Shown here in pieces: positions 42,655 through 53,105 of a stretch of DNA of 64,000 nucleotides. Position 1 is the first letter of the stretch. Each line of letters opens with the position of its first letter. The translations under genes were made by a program, and so were the position numbers. The notes beneath the pieces are model-generated. The model did not search any database. It saw nothing but the letters and a program-made list of their open reading frames with translations, and was not told the DNA's origin. Source of the DNA: an uncultured delta proteobacterium. Its GTDB lineage: Bacteria; Desulfobacterota; Desulfomonilia; UBA1062. The stretch covers positions 96,001 through 160,000 of the forward strand of contig CAVVYZ010000002.1 in NCBI GenBank assembly GCA_963752595.1. The letters are read 5' to 3'.

Positions 42655-43140
42655 AAGCGGGATAATTTCTCCTTGTATCAGATGCCTATTAATTTTTATT
42701 ATACCCACGGAACATGGCGTTGTAAACCGGGAGTCTGTGGGGGAGCCGGGGTTGAAGAAGAATATGCCCGCCTCCATACCGGAAAAGGCCTGGTGAGTAT
42801 GCCCGTAGATAATGGCATCAATGGTGCCGAAGGAATTCCTTATGCGTGAGCGGATGCCGTTCGGAGCCCCCCAGCCGTGGATGATCCCGATGTGAACGTC
42901 CTCAACCCTGATCGTGCGGCTCAAAGGATAGGTCCTCTGAACATCTGCATGGTCCATGTTTCCGCACACGGCGATGACCTCTTTGTCCATGAGGAGCAAG
43001 GGATCGAGCACGCTTTCATGGGTCATGTCACCTGCATGGATGATCATATCGACGTCGCTGAAGTACTGTGCGGCCATGGTTTCGAAATATTTGTCCGGCC
43101 CCGGCAGGTGTGTATCAGAGAGGACGCCGATTTTTGTCAT
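42655..43140 (-). CDS. Metallophosphoesterase (YfcE/MJ0936 family)
   Basis: SDTH, HAGD, GNMD, HG, GHTH and NPGS. Confidence 0.88.
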
Positions 43141-43206
43141 TTCGTAATTTTAAGATCTCTCAAGGGAGAAAGGATACCTTTTACAGTCATCTTAAAGACC
43201 CTTCTC

Positions 43207-44464
43207 CTAGAGATACTCGTCCGAACTATCGTACACATGCTTCACATCGTAGACGACGCAGCCGTTCGCCTTATACTTTGATATATCGATCTTCTTGAAT
43301 TCATCGTGACTAACCGCAACCATGATGCCTTCATAAAGCGGCTTTAAATCGGCCTCGGAAGTGATGATGTCGATCCCGTACTCATGCCGTACTTCATGGG
43401 GATCGGCAAATGGGTCAAAGACGTCGATGTTGCAGGCAAAATCCTTGAGCTGACGGATGATGTCGATGACCTTTGAATTCCTGATGTCAGGGCAGTTCTC
43501 CTTAAAGGTGATCCCCATTACCAGGACGTTTGCATCCGTGATCCGGTGAGCCTTTTTCACCATCATCTTCACGAGCTGGGTCGCAACGTATCTTCCCATG
43601 CCGTCGTTGAGTCTCCTGCCCGAAAGGATGATCTGGGGAATGTAACCCAGGCTTTCTGCCTTATGAGTGAGGTAGTATGGGTCGACCCCGATGCAGTGGC
43701 CGCCGACGAGACCAGGCTGGAAGTTCAGGAAATTCCATTTCGTCGACTGCCGCTTCAAGCACATCCTTGGTGCAGATGTTCATGCGGGCAAAAATCATCG
43801 AGAGCTCGTTGATGAAGGCAATGTTAATATCCCTTTGCGCGTTCTCGATAACCTTTGCCGCCTCTGCGACCTTTATCGAAGGTGCGAGATGGGTTCCGGC
43901 GTTTACAATGGATTTGTAAAGCGCATCCACGACGGCTGCAATCTCCGGGGTGGAACCCGAGGTCACCTTTTTAATGGTAGGCAGCCGGTGATATTTATCT
44001 CCTGGATTGATCCGCTCCGGACTGTAGCCGCAGAAGAAATCGACATTGTACGTGAGCCCTGAGACCTTCTCCATGACCGGCACGCAATCTTCCTCTGTTG
44101 CCCCCGGATATACCGTGGACTCGTAGATGACGATATCGCCCATCGAGAGATTTTTTCCGACTGTCTCGCTCGCCTTGAGCAGGAGGGTAATGTCCGGTCT
44201 GTTATAGGCATCGATGGGTGTCGGGACCGTAACAATATATGTATTGCATGATTTCAGCAGCCCTTCATCGCTCGTATACGTCAGGTGTGCGGCAGATACC
44301 AGCTCTTTCGGCTCCATTTCCCGGGTCTTGTCAAAGGAATCCTTGAGTTCGCCGATCCTCTTAACATTAATATCAAACCCTATGACGGGGTATTTTTTTC
44401 CGAATTCAACAGCAAGGGGGAGCCCGACATAGCCTAACCCGATGATTGCAATCCTATGCTCCAT
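43207..44464 (-). CDS. UDP-N-acetylhexosamine dehydrogenase (TviB/WbpO family; one frameshift near 43745)
   Basis: [53 protein letters not shown] and [14 protein letters not shown]. Confidence 0.9.
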
Positions 44465-44571
44465 TCTTATCCTCCCAATGTACAATTGTCTTGCAAGATA
44501 GCACTCTTCTCGGCCTGAAAAAAGAATATCCTTAAGTAACATGCTTTACAAGGGTAGTTCCTGCTCTCTGC

Positions 44572-44600
44572 TTGACACATCATTACAAAAAACATAGACA
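44572..44600 (+). promoter_or_regulatory. Possible sigma70 promoter for murI
   Basis: TTGACA-N17-TAGACA. Confidence 0.35.
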
Positions 44601-44651
44601 AGGAAGGGCCGCTCGCCTTCAGCTGCGGTTCGATGCGGAGAATCTTAAAAG

Positions 44652-45443
44652 ATGCAGAACACAAGAATAGGAATTTTTGATTCGGGCATTGGGGGCATCA
44701 CGGTACTCAAGGAGATACTCGATCTGTTGCCCCAGGTGGATGTTGCATATCTTGGTGACAGCGCCCGGCTTCCCTACGGCACGAAATCTTCGAAGACCAT
44801 CGTCCGCTACAGCATTCAATGTGCCGACTTCCTCGTTTCCAAAGGGATCGACATGCTGGTTGTGGCATGCAATACCGCCAGCTCTCATGCTATCCCTGCT
44901 TTGAAAGAGGCACTGGATATTCCTGTTGTCGGTGTGGTGGAGTCAGGCTCCCGGGCGGCGATCGAAGCCGGAGGAGAGCGGATCGGTGTAATAGGCACCC
45001 CGGCCACGATAAAAAGCGGTTCGTATGACAGGGCACTGCACGCCATAAAGCCGGGCGTGGAGGTCTTTTCGAAAGCCTGTCCCCTCTTCGTCCCACTGGT
45101 GGAAGAGGGATGGTGCGATGATGCCATTACCGAGCAGGTTGCCCGCAGATACCTGGATGAGTTTCTGAAGAGAGGCATAGACACACTCGTGCTCGGATGC
45201 ACCCATTACCCCTTGCTGAAAGGCGTTATCGCCCGCGTCATGGGGGAGAGCATCCGCATCATCGATTCTGCGGGATCCACCGCTAAAATGGTAGCGGATA
45301 TGCTCGGAGAGGTTCAAAGCGGGGAAATTGATCCATCGGTCGCCTATTATCTCTCCGATCTTTCGCCCGTGTTCATTAAGCTGGGAGAAGTTTTTCTGGG
45401 AAAGAAAATGGAGTATGTATACGAGGTTGATCTTTGTGTATAA
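44652..45443 (+). CDS. murI: Glutamate racemase
   Basis: FDSGIGG, PYG.K, ACNTAS and LGCTHYP. Confidence 0.96.
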   Translation: MQNTRIGIFDSGIGGITVLKEILDLLPQVDVAYLGDSARLPYGTKSSKTIVRYSIQCADFLVSKGIDMLVVACNTASSHAIPALKEALDIPVVGVVESGSRAAIEAGGERIGVIGTPATIKSGSYDRALHAIKPGVEVFSKACPLFVPLVEEGWCDDAITEQVARRYLDEFLKRGIDTLVLGCTHYPLLKGVIARVMGESIRIIDSAGSTAKMVADMLGEVQSGEIDPSVAYYLSDLSPVFIKLGEVFLGKKMEYVYEVDLCV

Positions 45444-45478
45444 TAATTCGTAGTATACGATGAAATCAGGATGCGCAT

Positions 45479-47504
45479 ATGAGCAGTAAGAGGCTTGCAA
45501 AAATACGGAATATGGGGTTTGTCGCCCATATCGATGCGGGGAAGACCACGGTGACCGAGCGCGTCCTCTACTATACGGGCAAGATCCACCGGATGGGCGA
45601 GGTGCATGATGGCCAGGCAACCATGGACTGGATGCCCCAGGAGCAGGAGCGCGGAATCACCATAACCTCGGCTGTTTCTACCTGCAGCTGGAACAATCAC
45701 GAGATCCATATTATAGATACCCCCGGCCATGTTGATTTTACCATTGAGGTGGAGCGGTCATTGAGAGTCCTGGATGGGGCTGTGATGATCCTGTGCGCGG
45801 TGGGCGGGGTACAGGCTCAGACCGAAACGGTATGGCAGCAGTGTCAGCGGTACCATATCCCCACGGTTGCTTTTATCAACAAGTTGGATCGTATGGGGGC
45901 TGATTTCGATTCCGTCATCAGGCAGATGAATGAACGGCTGGAGGTCAAGCCCCTGCCGGTCCAGCTTCCCTATTATGAAGGCGATACGTATAAAGGGGTA
46001 ATCGATCTTATCGGACGGCGCATCCTCGTTTGGGATGAGGACACCCTTGGTGCGACCTTCAATGTAATGACGGTGCCTGAGGATATGGAACCGGCTATGG
46101 ATACGGCAAGGGATTTCATGCTGGAAACACTGGCCGATTTTGATGATGAGCTCATGGAAACCTATCTCGCCGGCCGGGACCCCGATGAGAAAAAGATAAA
46201 GGAAGTCTTGAGGAAGATAACCCTGGATACCAGGGTCATTCCTGTCCTCTGCGGTTCTGCTCTGAAGAACAAGGGGATACAGCCGCTCATCGATGCCATT
46301 ATCGATTTCCTTCCGTCTCCCCATGAGGTCAAACCGATCATTGCCCATGACAAGAAAACCGGCGAAGAAGTGCCCGTTGAGATCACCGCTGACGGTCCTC
46401 TTGTCGGGTATGTATTCAAGGTCTATATGGATGAGGGCAGGAGGATGGTCTACTTGAGGCTCTACTCCGGCGTCCTTAATGTGGGAGACGAGGTGTACAA
46501 TACCACCAGGGACGGAAAAGAGAAGATAGCCAGGCTTTTCGAGATGCATTCCCACAACAAGCAGCGGATAGACAAGGCCATTGCGGGTGATATCGTAGCT
46601 GCCGTGGGGTTGAAGGACTCGATCACCGGTGATACCCTCGTCTCTTCATCCGAGGAAAGGGCTCTCGTGCTTGAACCCATCATGGTCCTCAAACCCGTCA
46701 TTTCGGTAGCCATCGAGCCGAAGAGCTCCGAGTCTTCTTCCAAGCTTGAACAGGGCATGCACAAAATCATGGAGGAAGATCCTACCATCAAGGTGAGCGA
46801 AGACCCTGACACCGGCCAGGTCATTCTTGCCGGGATGGGTGAGCTTCACCTGGAAATAGCGGTGGACAGGTTCAAGACCGCTTTCGGGGTGGATATCAAT
46901 GTGGGAAAGCCGCAGGTTCTGTACTGTTCGACGGTTGAACAGAGCGCGCCAGGCCGAAAAGATTTTCGATAAGAAGATCGGCGAGGTTGAACATTCGGGC
47001 CATGTCATGCTTTCCGTCAAGCCGAACAAGAGGGGAGGGGGGAACACCTTTACCCTGGACGGGAAGGTGCCGCCCGATATGGAAACATATGTCAGGGCCG
47101 GGCTCGAGGAGGCTTGCCTCTCAGACCCCGTATACGGATATGAAATCCTTGATATCGACGTGGTCGTCGATAAAGTGACCATTGATGATAAAACGACCCA
47201 CCAGGGATTGAAGATAGCTGCCCAGATGGCCTTGCAGGATGCCATGGTCAAGGCAGGTCTGGTGCAGCTGGAGCCCGTTATGGATCTTGATGCCTTGTCT
47301 CCGGAGGAGTATATTGGCGACGTGGTCGGAGATTTAAGTTCCCGGAAGGCGAGTATTGAAGGCGTTGTCATCAAAGGCAAATATCATCAGGTTCATGCAT
47401 ATGTCCCGCTGTCGAAGACCTTTGGTTACTCTACCGTACTGAGATCGCTTACCCGCGGAAGGGGAAGCTTCAGCATGAGGTTCCATGGATTTGACAAGGT
47501 ATAA
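45479..47504 (+). CDS. fusA2: Elongation factor G paralog (one frameshift near 46950)
   Basis: AHIDAGKTT, ERGITI, DTPGH, NKLD, GMGELHLE and LEP.M...G.V.GDL..R; located outside the str operon. Confidence 0.85.
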
Positions 47505-47658
47505 CGTTCTGTGGAAGAATGAGTTATATATTTGCAATGTGGTCGGAGGAGGTCGGTATACACACCATGGTGAGACGGAAGCCCGGCAGGAAATATCAAG
47601 GCCTTGGGGGCTTAAACTAGGCCATCGGCTATGATGGCAGGGGAATGAGAACACCGGA

Positions 47659-48519
47659 ATGAACATTACGAGGCGGTTTACGTGGCTCATACAGCTCACG
47701 GTGCTCACCCTCTTTGCCTGGGTGATTGCAGGCATCGTCACCACTGTTGCAGGGTATTATCTCTATGATGTGCCCGCCCCCAGGGAAAAGGTCTTACTAC
47801 AGGAATCCCAGAAGAAAGAAAAAAAGCGGTCAAGGGAAGAATACAATATCATTCCAGCCCGCGATCTCCTGAAAATCACAAAGTCCGGACCGGTCTCAGG
47901 ACAGGAAGGGATCGATAAGGATGCCGTTCGTCCCATCGCGGAGCTCGGGCTGATATTGAAAGGCACCATTGCCGGGCCCAAGGAGATAGCCAGGGCTATC
48001 ATCGAAAGCAAGAACGAGCAGAAAATTTACAAGATCAACGATGAAATCATGGGAGCTACGCTGCTCGCCATCTTCCGCAACAAGGTGATCATGAATGTGA
48101 ATGGGCAGGAGCAGATGCTCGTCATGGAGGAATCTCCATCAGGGGGCAAGGCCCCCGGGGTTTCCGGCCCGGTAAGTCCCTCCGGGATGCCCCGCGGTCT
48201 CGGCCCTATGGGCGCCTCTTCCGGCATGACTTCCGTGATGAAGAACCTGGATCAATATATCGGTAAAGCAAGGGTCATCCCGTACTTCAAAGGTGGTGAG
48301 CCCTATGGTTTCAGGGTAAGCAACCTCGGGAGCGACGCAATGGTCTACGAGCTTGGTGTACGTGCGGGCGATGTCATCAGGTCTGTAAACGGCACGCCTA
48401 TCCGGACGCCCGAAGACGCTTTCAAGGTGTATCAGCAGTACCAGAACGAATCCAGTGTTCAGATAGAGCTGGAGAGGAACGGACAGCCTGTTTCGGTTAA
48501 TGTTCCCCTAAAAAAGTAA
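47659..48519 (+). CDS. gspC: Type II secretion protein C (with PDZ domain)
   Basis: N-terminal TM, L.LKGTI, AIIE, I....V HR domain and a PDZ (G..GDVI.SVNG). Confidence 0.85.
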   Translation: MNITRRFTWLIQLTVLTLFAWVIAGIVTTVAGYYLYDVPAPREKVLLQESQKKEKKRSREEYNIIPARDLLKITKSGPVSGQEGIDKDAVRPIAELGLILKGTIAGPKEIARAIIESKNEQKIYKINDEIMGATLLAIFRNKVIMNVNGQEQMLVMEESPSGGKAPGVSGPVSPSGMPRGLGPMGASSGMTSVMKNLDQYIGKARVIPYFKGGEPYGFRVSNLGSDAMVYELGVRAGDVIRSVNGTPIRTPEDAFKVYQQYQNESSVQIELERNGQPVSVNVPLKK

Positions 48520-48560
48520 AAGGACAATAGGTCTGATGCAACGAATAGGATGGATCATGG

Positions 48561-50081
48561 ATGGCAATAATGTTTGAGGTATTTTTCGGGCTCTCGGAAA
48601 ATCCCTTCAATCTCACGCCCGATCCGAAGTTTCTCTATCTTTCGGAGGTGCACCAGGAAGCATTGTCGCATCTCCAGTATGGGATAGAGCAGAGGAAAGG
48701 GTTCGTCCTGATCACCGGTGAAGTGGGAACGGGCAAGACGACCATATGCCGCTCCCTACTCTCTATGCTCTCCAACAAGACGCGCACGGCTTTGGTCCTG
48801 AATCCCTCTCTGTCCGACATCGAGTTGCTGCAGACGATCAATCAGGATTTCGGCATAGACTACTGCTCGAACTCAAAAAAGGATCTCCTGAACAAGCTGT
48901 ATGATTTTCTCATCGATGTCTTCGTCAAAGGTGAAAACGCGGTACTTATTATCGACGAATGCCAGAACCTCACGCCTGAGGTGCTGGAGCAGATCCGCCT
49001 GCTTTCCAACCTGGAGACCGAAAAGGAAAAGCTCCTCCAGATCATCCTGATCGGACAGCCGGAGTTGGCCAAAATGCTTCAATCGCCGGGATTGAGGCAG
49101 ATAAACGACCGAATCGTCCTGCGATATCACATATGGCCGTTGAGTCTTCCTGATACGAAGAATTATCTCCGCCACCGGATGGCAGTGGCAGGGGCGTATC
49201 GGACAGATGTCTTCACGCCGGGTGCGGTCCGGGCCATATACCGATACTCCCAAGGGCTTCCCCGCAAGATGAACGCAGCGGCCGAACGGTCTTTGCTCAT
49301 CGCATACCTTAAAGGGAAACAAAAAATAACCAAAAATATTGTTTCCGCAGCCATCGAGGAACTCAAGGGAAATTACGGCGAGAATCTCCGCCGGAACAGA
49401 TGGTTCATTCCGGTATTCGCCGGCGTCACAGCAGCTTCGGTTATCGTTCTTGTGTTATGGCCGGGAATCTTCTCGAAATTTACCGAATATACGGCCGCCC
49501 CTGTGGTTGCTATCGAGAAGGAAGTGCCGAAAACCCCTGATCTGAAGGTGGCAACCATCAAACCGTCCCGGATTGATTTTACGATTCTTAACTATGAAGA
49601 CGCACTGGAGATGCTCAGCATGATTCCGGACGGAATTCCCGGTCCGGAGGTTCTGAATCTCCACCCTAACCCCGGCAGTTTGAAGTATCTCAACAGGCCT
49701 GCTATTGCCTCTGTTGAAAAAGGATACGTGATTCTGGTATATGCTACGGATGATTTTGTCCGGATTGTCGGCAAGGACAAGGCGATTGTCGAAATCCCGA
49801 TGCAGGAATTCAAGTCGATTTACAAATGGAATATCGTTGTTGCATATGCAAGGGGGCTGGAAAGCGAAACCTTAATCAGGGGCGACTCCGGGCCGGAAGT
49901 CGAGCGGATACAGGCTATCCTGTCGCAGGCGGGATATCAGGCGGGACGTTCCGGATTCTTTGATGTGAAAACTTCCTCAGCCATTGAACAGATGCAGGAG
50001 GATTTCGGCCTGAAGAGGGACGGAGTGGCAGGGCAGGACACTATGGTGCTCCTGGCTATGCTGGATAAGGAGCCCAAGTGA
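48561..50081 (+). CDS. gspA: ExeA/GspA AAA ATPase with a peptidoglycan-binding domain
   Basis: FGL.ENPF..TPDP.F, GEVGTGKTT, IIDECQNL, GQPEL, a TM segment and a C-terminal PG_binding_1 (GD.GP.V..Q...DGVAG..T). Confidence 0.88.
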   Translation: MAIMFEVFFGLSENPFNLTPDPKFLYLSEVHQEALSHLQYGIEQRKGFVLITGEVGTGKTTICRSLLSMLSNKTRTALVLNPSLSDIELLQTINQDFGIDYCSNSKKDLLNKLYDFLIDVFVKGENAVLIIDECQNLTPEVLEQIRLLSNLETEKEKLLQIILIGQPELAKMLQSPGLRQINDRIVLRYHIWPLSLPDTKNYLRHRMAVAGAYRTDVFTPGAVRAIYRYSQGLPRKMNAAAERSLLIAYLKGKQKITKNIVSAAIEELKGNYGENLRRNRWFIPVFAGVTAASVIVLVLWPGIFSKFTEYTAAPVVAIEKEVPKTPDLKVATIKPSRIDFTILNYEDALEMLSMIPDGIPGPEVLNLHPNPGSLKYLNRPAIASVEKGYVILVYATDDFVRIVGKDKAIVEIPMQEFKSIYKWNIVVAYARGLESETLIRGDSGPEVERIQAILSQAGYQAGRSGFFDVKTSSAIEQMQEDFGLKRDGVAGQDTMVLLAMLDKEPK

Positions 50082-50803
50082 GTTCGATATATGATGCTCT
50101 TCAGAGGATTCAGGAGGAGAAAGGTGCATGGTCTTCACCTGTGATCCGGGAGAGGCCCCATGCTAAGAGAAAAACGGTCTGGTTGATAATATCTGCCATA
50201 ATCATCAGTTCATTGTGTACCACCGGCGTCTTCTACGGCATCAAGGCATTCGGGGAAAGGAAAACCGGTGTCCGGACGGCTTCGCTGCTCGGGGTCTCCT
50301 CCGGGATCAAGGAAGCCGGGCTCACGGAGCAGAGTACCCCGACAGCCCAGGGAAGCCGGCCTTCAGTAGTACCGGTCCAGACACTCTCCATGCCCGCTGC
50401 GCCCGCATCAGAGACTGTTGACGGCTATCTGAAGCTGGGAGAGCAGTACTTCACCGTAAAAGACTATGATAAGGCTTTGCTGACCTATACGAAGGCTCTG
50501 CACTACTTTCGAAAGGATGCACGGCTCCTGAACAATATTGGGAGCGTGTTCCTTGCCAGAGGCCAGGCAGACAAGGCCATTCATTATTTTAAAGAATCAA
50601 GCAGTATCTCCAATGCCAGTGTGGAGCCCGTGTATAATCTGGCATGCGCGTATGCTGTAATGGGTAACAAAGCCAAAGCTATCTCGTATCTGAAGCAGGC
50701 ATGCATCAAGACTCATGAGGCGAAAACATGGGCAGCTTCAGACCCCGATCTGGCGGACTTGAGGGGCACCAGAGAGTTCGATCGAATTATCGGCGCGCAC
50801 TGA
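50078..50803 (+). CDS. ExeB/GspB-like membrane protein with TPR repeats
   Basis: MSSIYDALQRIQEEK N-terminus, TM, TPRs and YNLAC.YA...DPDL..LR. Confidence 0.65.
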   Translation: MSSIYDALQRIQEEKGAWSSPVIRERPHAKRKTVWLIISAIIISSLCTTGVFYGIKAFGERKTGVRTASLLGVSSGIKEAGLTEQSTPTAQGSRPSVVPVQTLSMPAAPASETVDGYLKLGEQYFTVKDYDKALLTYTKALHYFRKDARLLNNIGSVFLARGQADKAIHYFKESSSISNASVEPVYNLACAYAVMGNKAKAISYLKQACIKTHEAKTWAASDPDLADLRGTREFDRIIGAH

Positions 50804-50819
50804 GGGAGAAGGGGGAAGA

Positions 50820-53105
50820 ATGAATATCCGGAATATTGCCACCATAGTCGTAATTACGTGTATGCTCGGTTCTTCAGGAGTGTGGGGAGCTCGACTGATC
50901 AAGAGCCAGCCGCAGGCGGGAACAGAGCAGACGCAGAAAGCGGATAATACCATCGGGAAGAAGACCCAGATGCAGAATAAGAGTATCCAGCCCTCTGCCT
51001 CCTATTCAGGCCGACCTCCGGCGTCGCCCCCCTCTCCAACGCCTCCTTCCCGCACCATGACGCCGTATCACCCGTCGCAAACGGCTCGTACGGACCGCGA
51101 AAATGTGTCACAGCCTCCGGTTTCTCCAGGGTCCCGCTCAGGAAAAGGAGATGCTTCAAAAGACGAGATATCGAAAGACGGCAAACAGTATGTCACCATG
51201 GATTTCGATGGGGTCGACATCAAGGTTTTCGTAAAATTCATTGCAGACATAACCGGCAAGAATTTCATCCTGGATGATAAGGTTGCGGGCAAAATTACCG
51301 TGATATCACCCCGGAAGATGTCGCTGGATGAAGCCTATCAGGTCTTCTTGAGCGTGCTCGACGTTAATGGATTCGGGACGGTCAATATGGGGGGCGTGAT
51401 CAAGGTCGTACAGGCAGCTGATGCTATCACCAGAAGCATCGGGACATCCATGGATCCTCCGAAGAGGAGGGAAGACGTGCTGATCACACAGATCATCCCG
51501 ATGAAGCACGTCGACTGCAATGACATGAAAACACTCTTCACTCCGCTTCTCACCAGGGGAAGCTCGCAGCTCCTCGCGTATCCCCAGAGCAATATCCTCA
51601 TCATCACGGATACGAAATCCAACATCAAGAAGATGATGGAGATCCTCAAGTTCATCGATGTGAGCGGTTTCAGCGAGGAATTCCGTATCTTCCCGCTCAC
51701 CCATGCATCAGCGGCTGATCTGGGTGCGAAGCTGCAGGATATCCTTTCCGATGACAGTTCGAACCGTTCCCAGCGTGTACGTGCACCGGGCCAGCGCGGG
51801 AATCTTTCCGAGCGCGGCAAGGCCAAGATCATTCCCTACGAGAGGACGAACTCGCTGATCATCCTTGCATCTGCAACCGATATTGCGGGGGTCGAATCAC
51901 TTATCTCGAAGCTCGATATACCTACCCCGACCGGGAAGGAAGACATCCATGTCTACTACCTCCAGTATGCGAATGCGGAAGCCCTTGCCAAGGTCCTGAC
52001 CGATATGCCTACGCCGGCCAAGGCGGAAGGCACTGCCTCGCCCTCGATAACGCCTGATGGAGTCCAGAGGGGGATGCGTAGCGTAACGAACAGCGAGAAG
52101 GTGAAGATTTCTTCCGACAAGGAAACGAACTCACTCATAATCTATGCAGATCCCGATGACTATCAGAGCATGGTGGAGACCATAAAATATCTCGATATCC
52201 CCAGGAAGCAGGTCTTTGTCAAGGCAATGATCATGGAGGTAAACCAGGACAAGGACTTCAAAGTCGGCGTGGAGTGGACACTTTTCGAAGACTTTTCCTA
52301 CGACAGCAAGACCGGTAGCGACGGTACGCGGCAAAGGCGGACCGGCGGCGTGTTCGGAAGAACCGGCGAGAAGTTCGTGACCAGTCCGGCGGACGTGCCC
52401 TCAGGGGCTATCCTCGGCATCGTGGGAGAGGCGATCACGATCGGCAGCGGCAGTTCCCAGATCACCTTCCCGAATATCACCTCGTTCATCAATGCCATGG
52501 CGCACGATACCGATGTGAATATCATTTCAACCCCGCAGATCATCACCATGGACAACAAAGAGGCCGAAATAAGGGTCGGTGCCAATGTGCCCTATCTGAC
52601 CAGGGAGGATACCGACTCGACGAACATCGACAGGACCGTCCGCACCTTCGATTACCGGGATGTGGGTGTAACCCTGCGCATGACCCCGCAGATCAACCAA
52701 CAGGGCAATATCCGGCTCGAACTGTTCCAGGAGAATACCAGCCTGGTGACGGGCCAGGGGGAGCAGCAATTTGCGCCCACTACATTGAAGCGCTCCGCGA
52801 AAACAACGGTTACGGTCAAGGACGGCTCCACCATGGTCATCGGCGGGCTTATCGGCCAGACCCTGACTCTCGGAGAAACAAGGGTGCCGCTCCTCAGCAG
52901 GATCCCTATCCTTGGCTATCTCTTTAAATCCATGTTGAATAAACATGAAAAGACCAATCTCTATATCTTCCTAACCCCCCGTATCATCGACACGGAAGAA
53001 AAGGTGACCGGACTCTATAAGGAGAAATACGGCGAAATGGGCGGCAAAGGCGGAAAACTCATAGAAAAGGAAAAGGGCAAGGCCGATGAAAATCCCAAGC
53101 CTTGA
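50820..53105 (+). CDS. gspD: Type II secretion secretin D
   Basis: MDFDGVDI..TGKNFI, N-domains, LDIPRKQV and STPQI..DNKEA..VG..VP; GGLI..VPLL..IP.LG.LF. Confidence 0.93.
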   Translation: MNIRNIATIVVITCMLGSSGVWGARLIKSQPQAGTEQTQKADNTIGKKTQMQNKSIQPSASYSGRPPASPPSPTPPSRTMTPYHPSQTARTDRENVSQPPVSPGSRSGKGDASKDEISKDGKQYVTMDFDGVDIKVFVKFIADITGKNFILDDKVAGKITVISPRKMSLDEAYQVFLSVLDVNGFGTVNMGGVIKVVQAADAITRSIGTSMDPPKRREDVLITQIIPMKHVDCNDMKTLFTPLLTRGSSQLLAYPQSNILIITDTKSNIKKMMEILKFIDVSGFSEEFRIFPLTHASAADLGAKLQDILSDDSSNRSQRVRAPGQRGNLSERGKAKIIPYERTNSLIILASATDIAGVESLISKLDIPTPTGKEDIHVYYLQYANAEALAKVLTDMPTPAKAEGTASPSITPDGVQRGMRSVTNSEKVKISSDKETNSLIIYADPDDYQSMVETIKYLDIPRKQVFVKAMIMEVNQDKDFKVGVEWTLFEDFSYDSKTGSDGTRQRRTGGVFGRTGEKFVTSPADVPSGAILGIVGEAITIGSGSSQITFPNITSFINAMAHDTDVNIISTPQIITMDNKEAEIRVGANVPYLTREDTDSTNIDRTVRTFDYRDVGVTLRMTPQINQQGNIRLELFQENTSLVTGQGEQQFAPTTLKRSAKTTVTVKDGSTMVIGGLIGQTLTLGETRVPLLSRIPILGYLFKSMLNKHEKTNLYIFLTPRIIDTEEKVTGLYKEKYGEMGGKGGKLIEKEKGKADENPKP

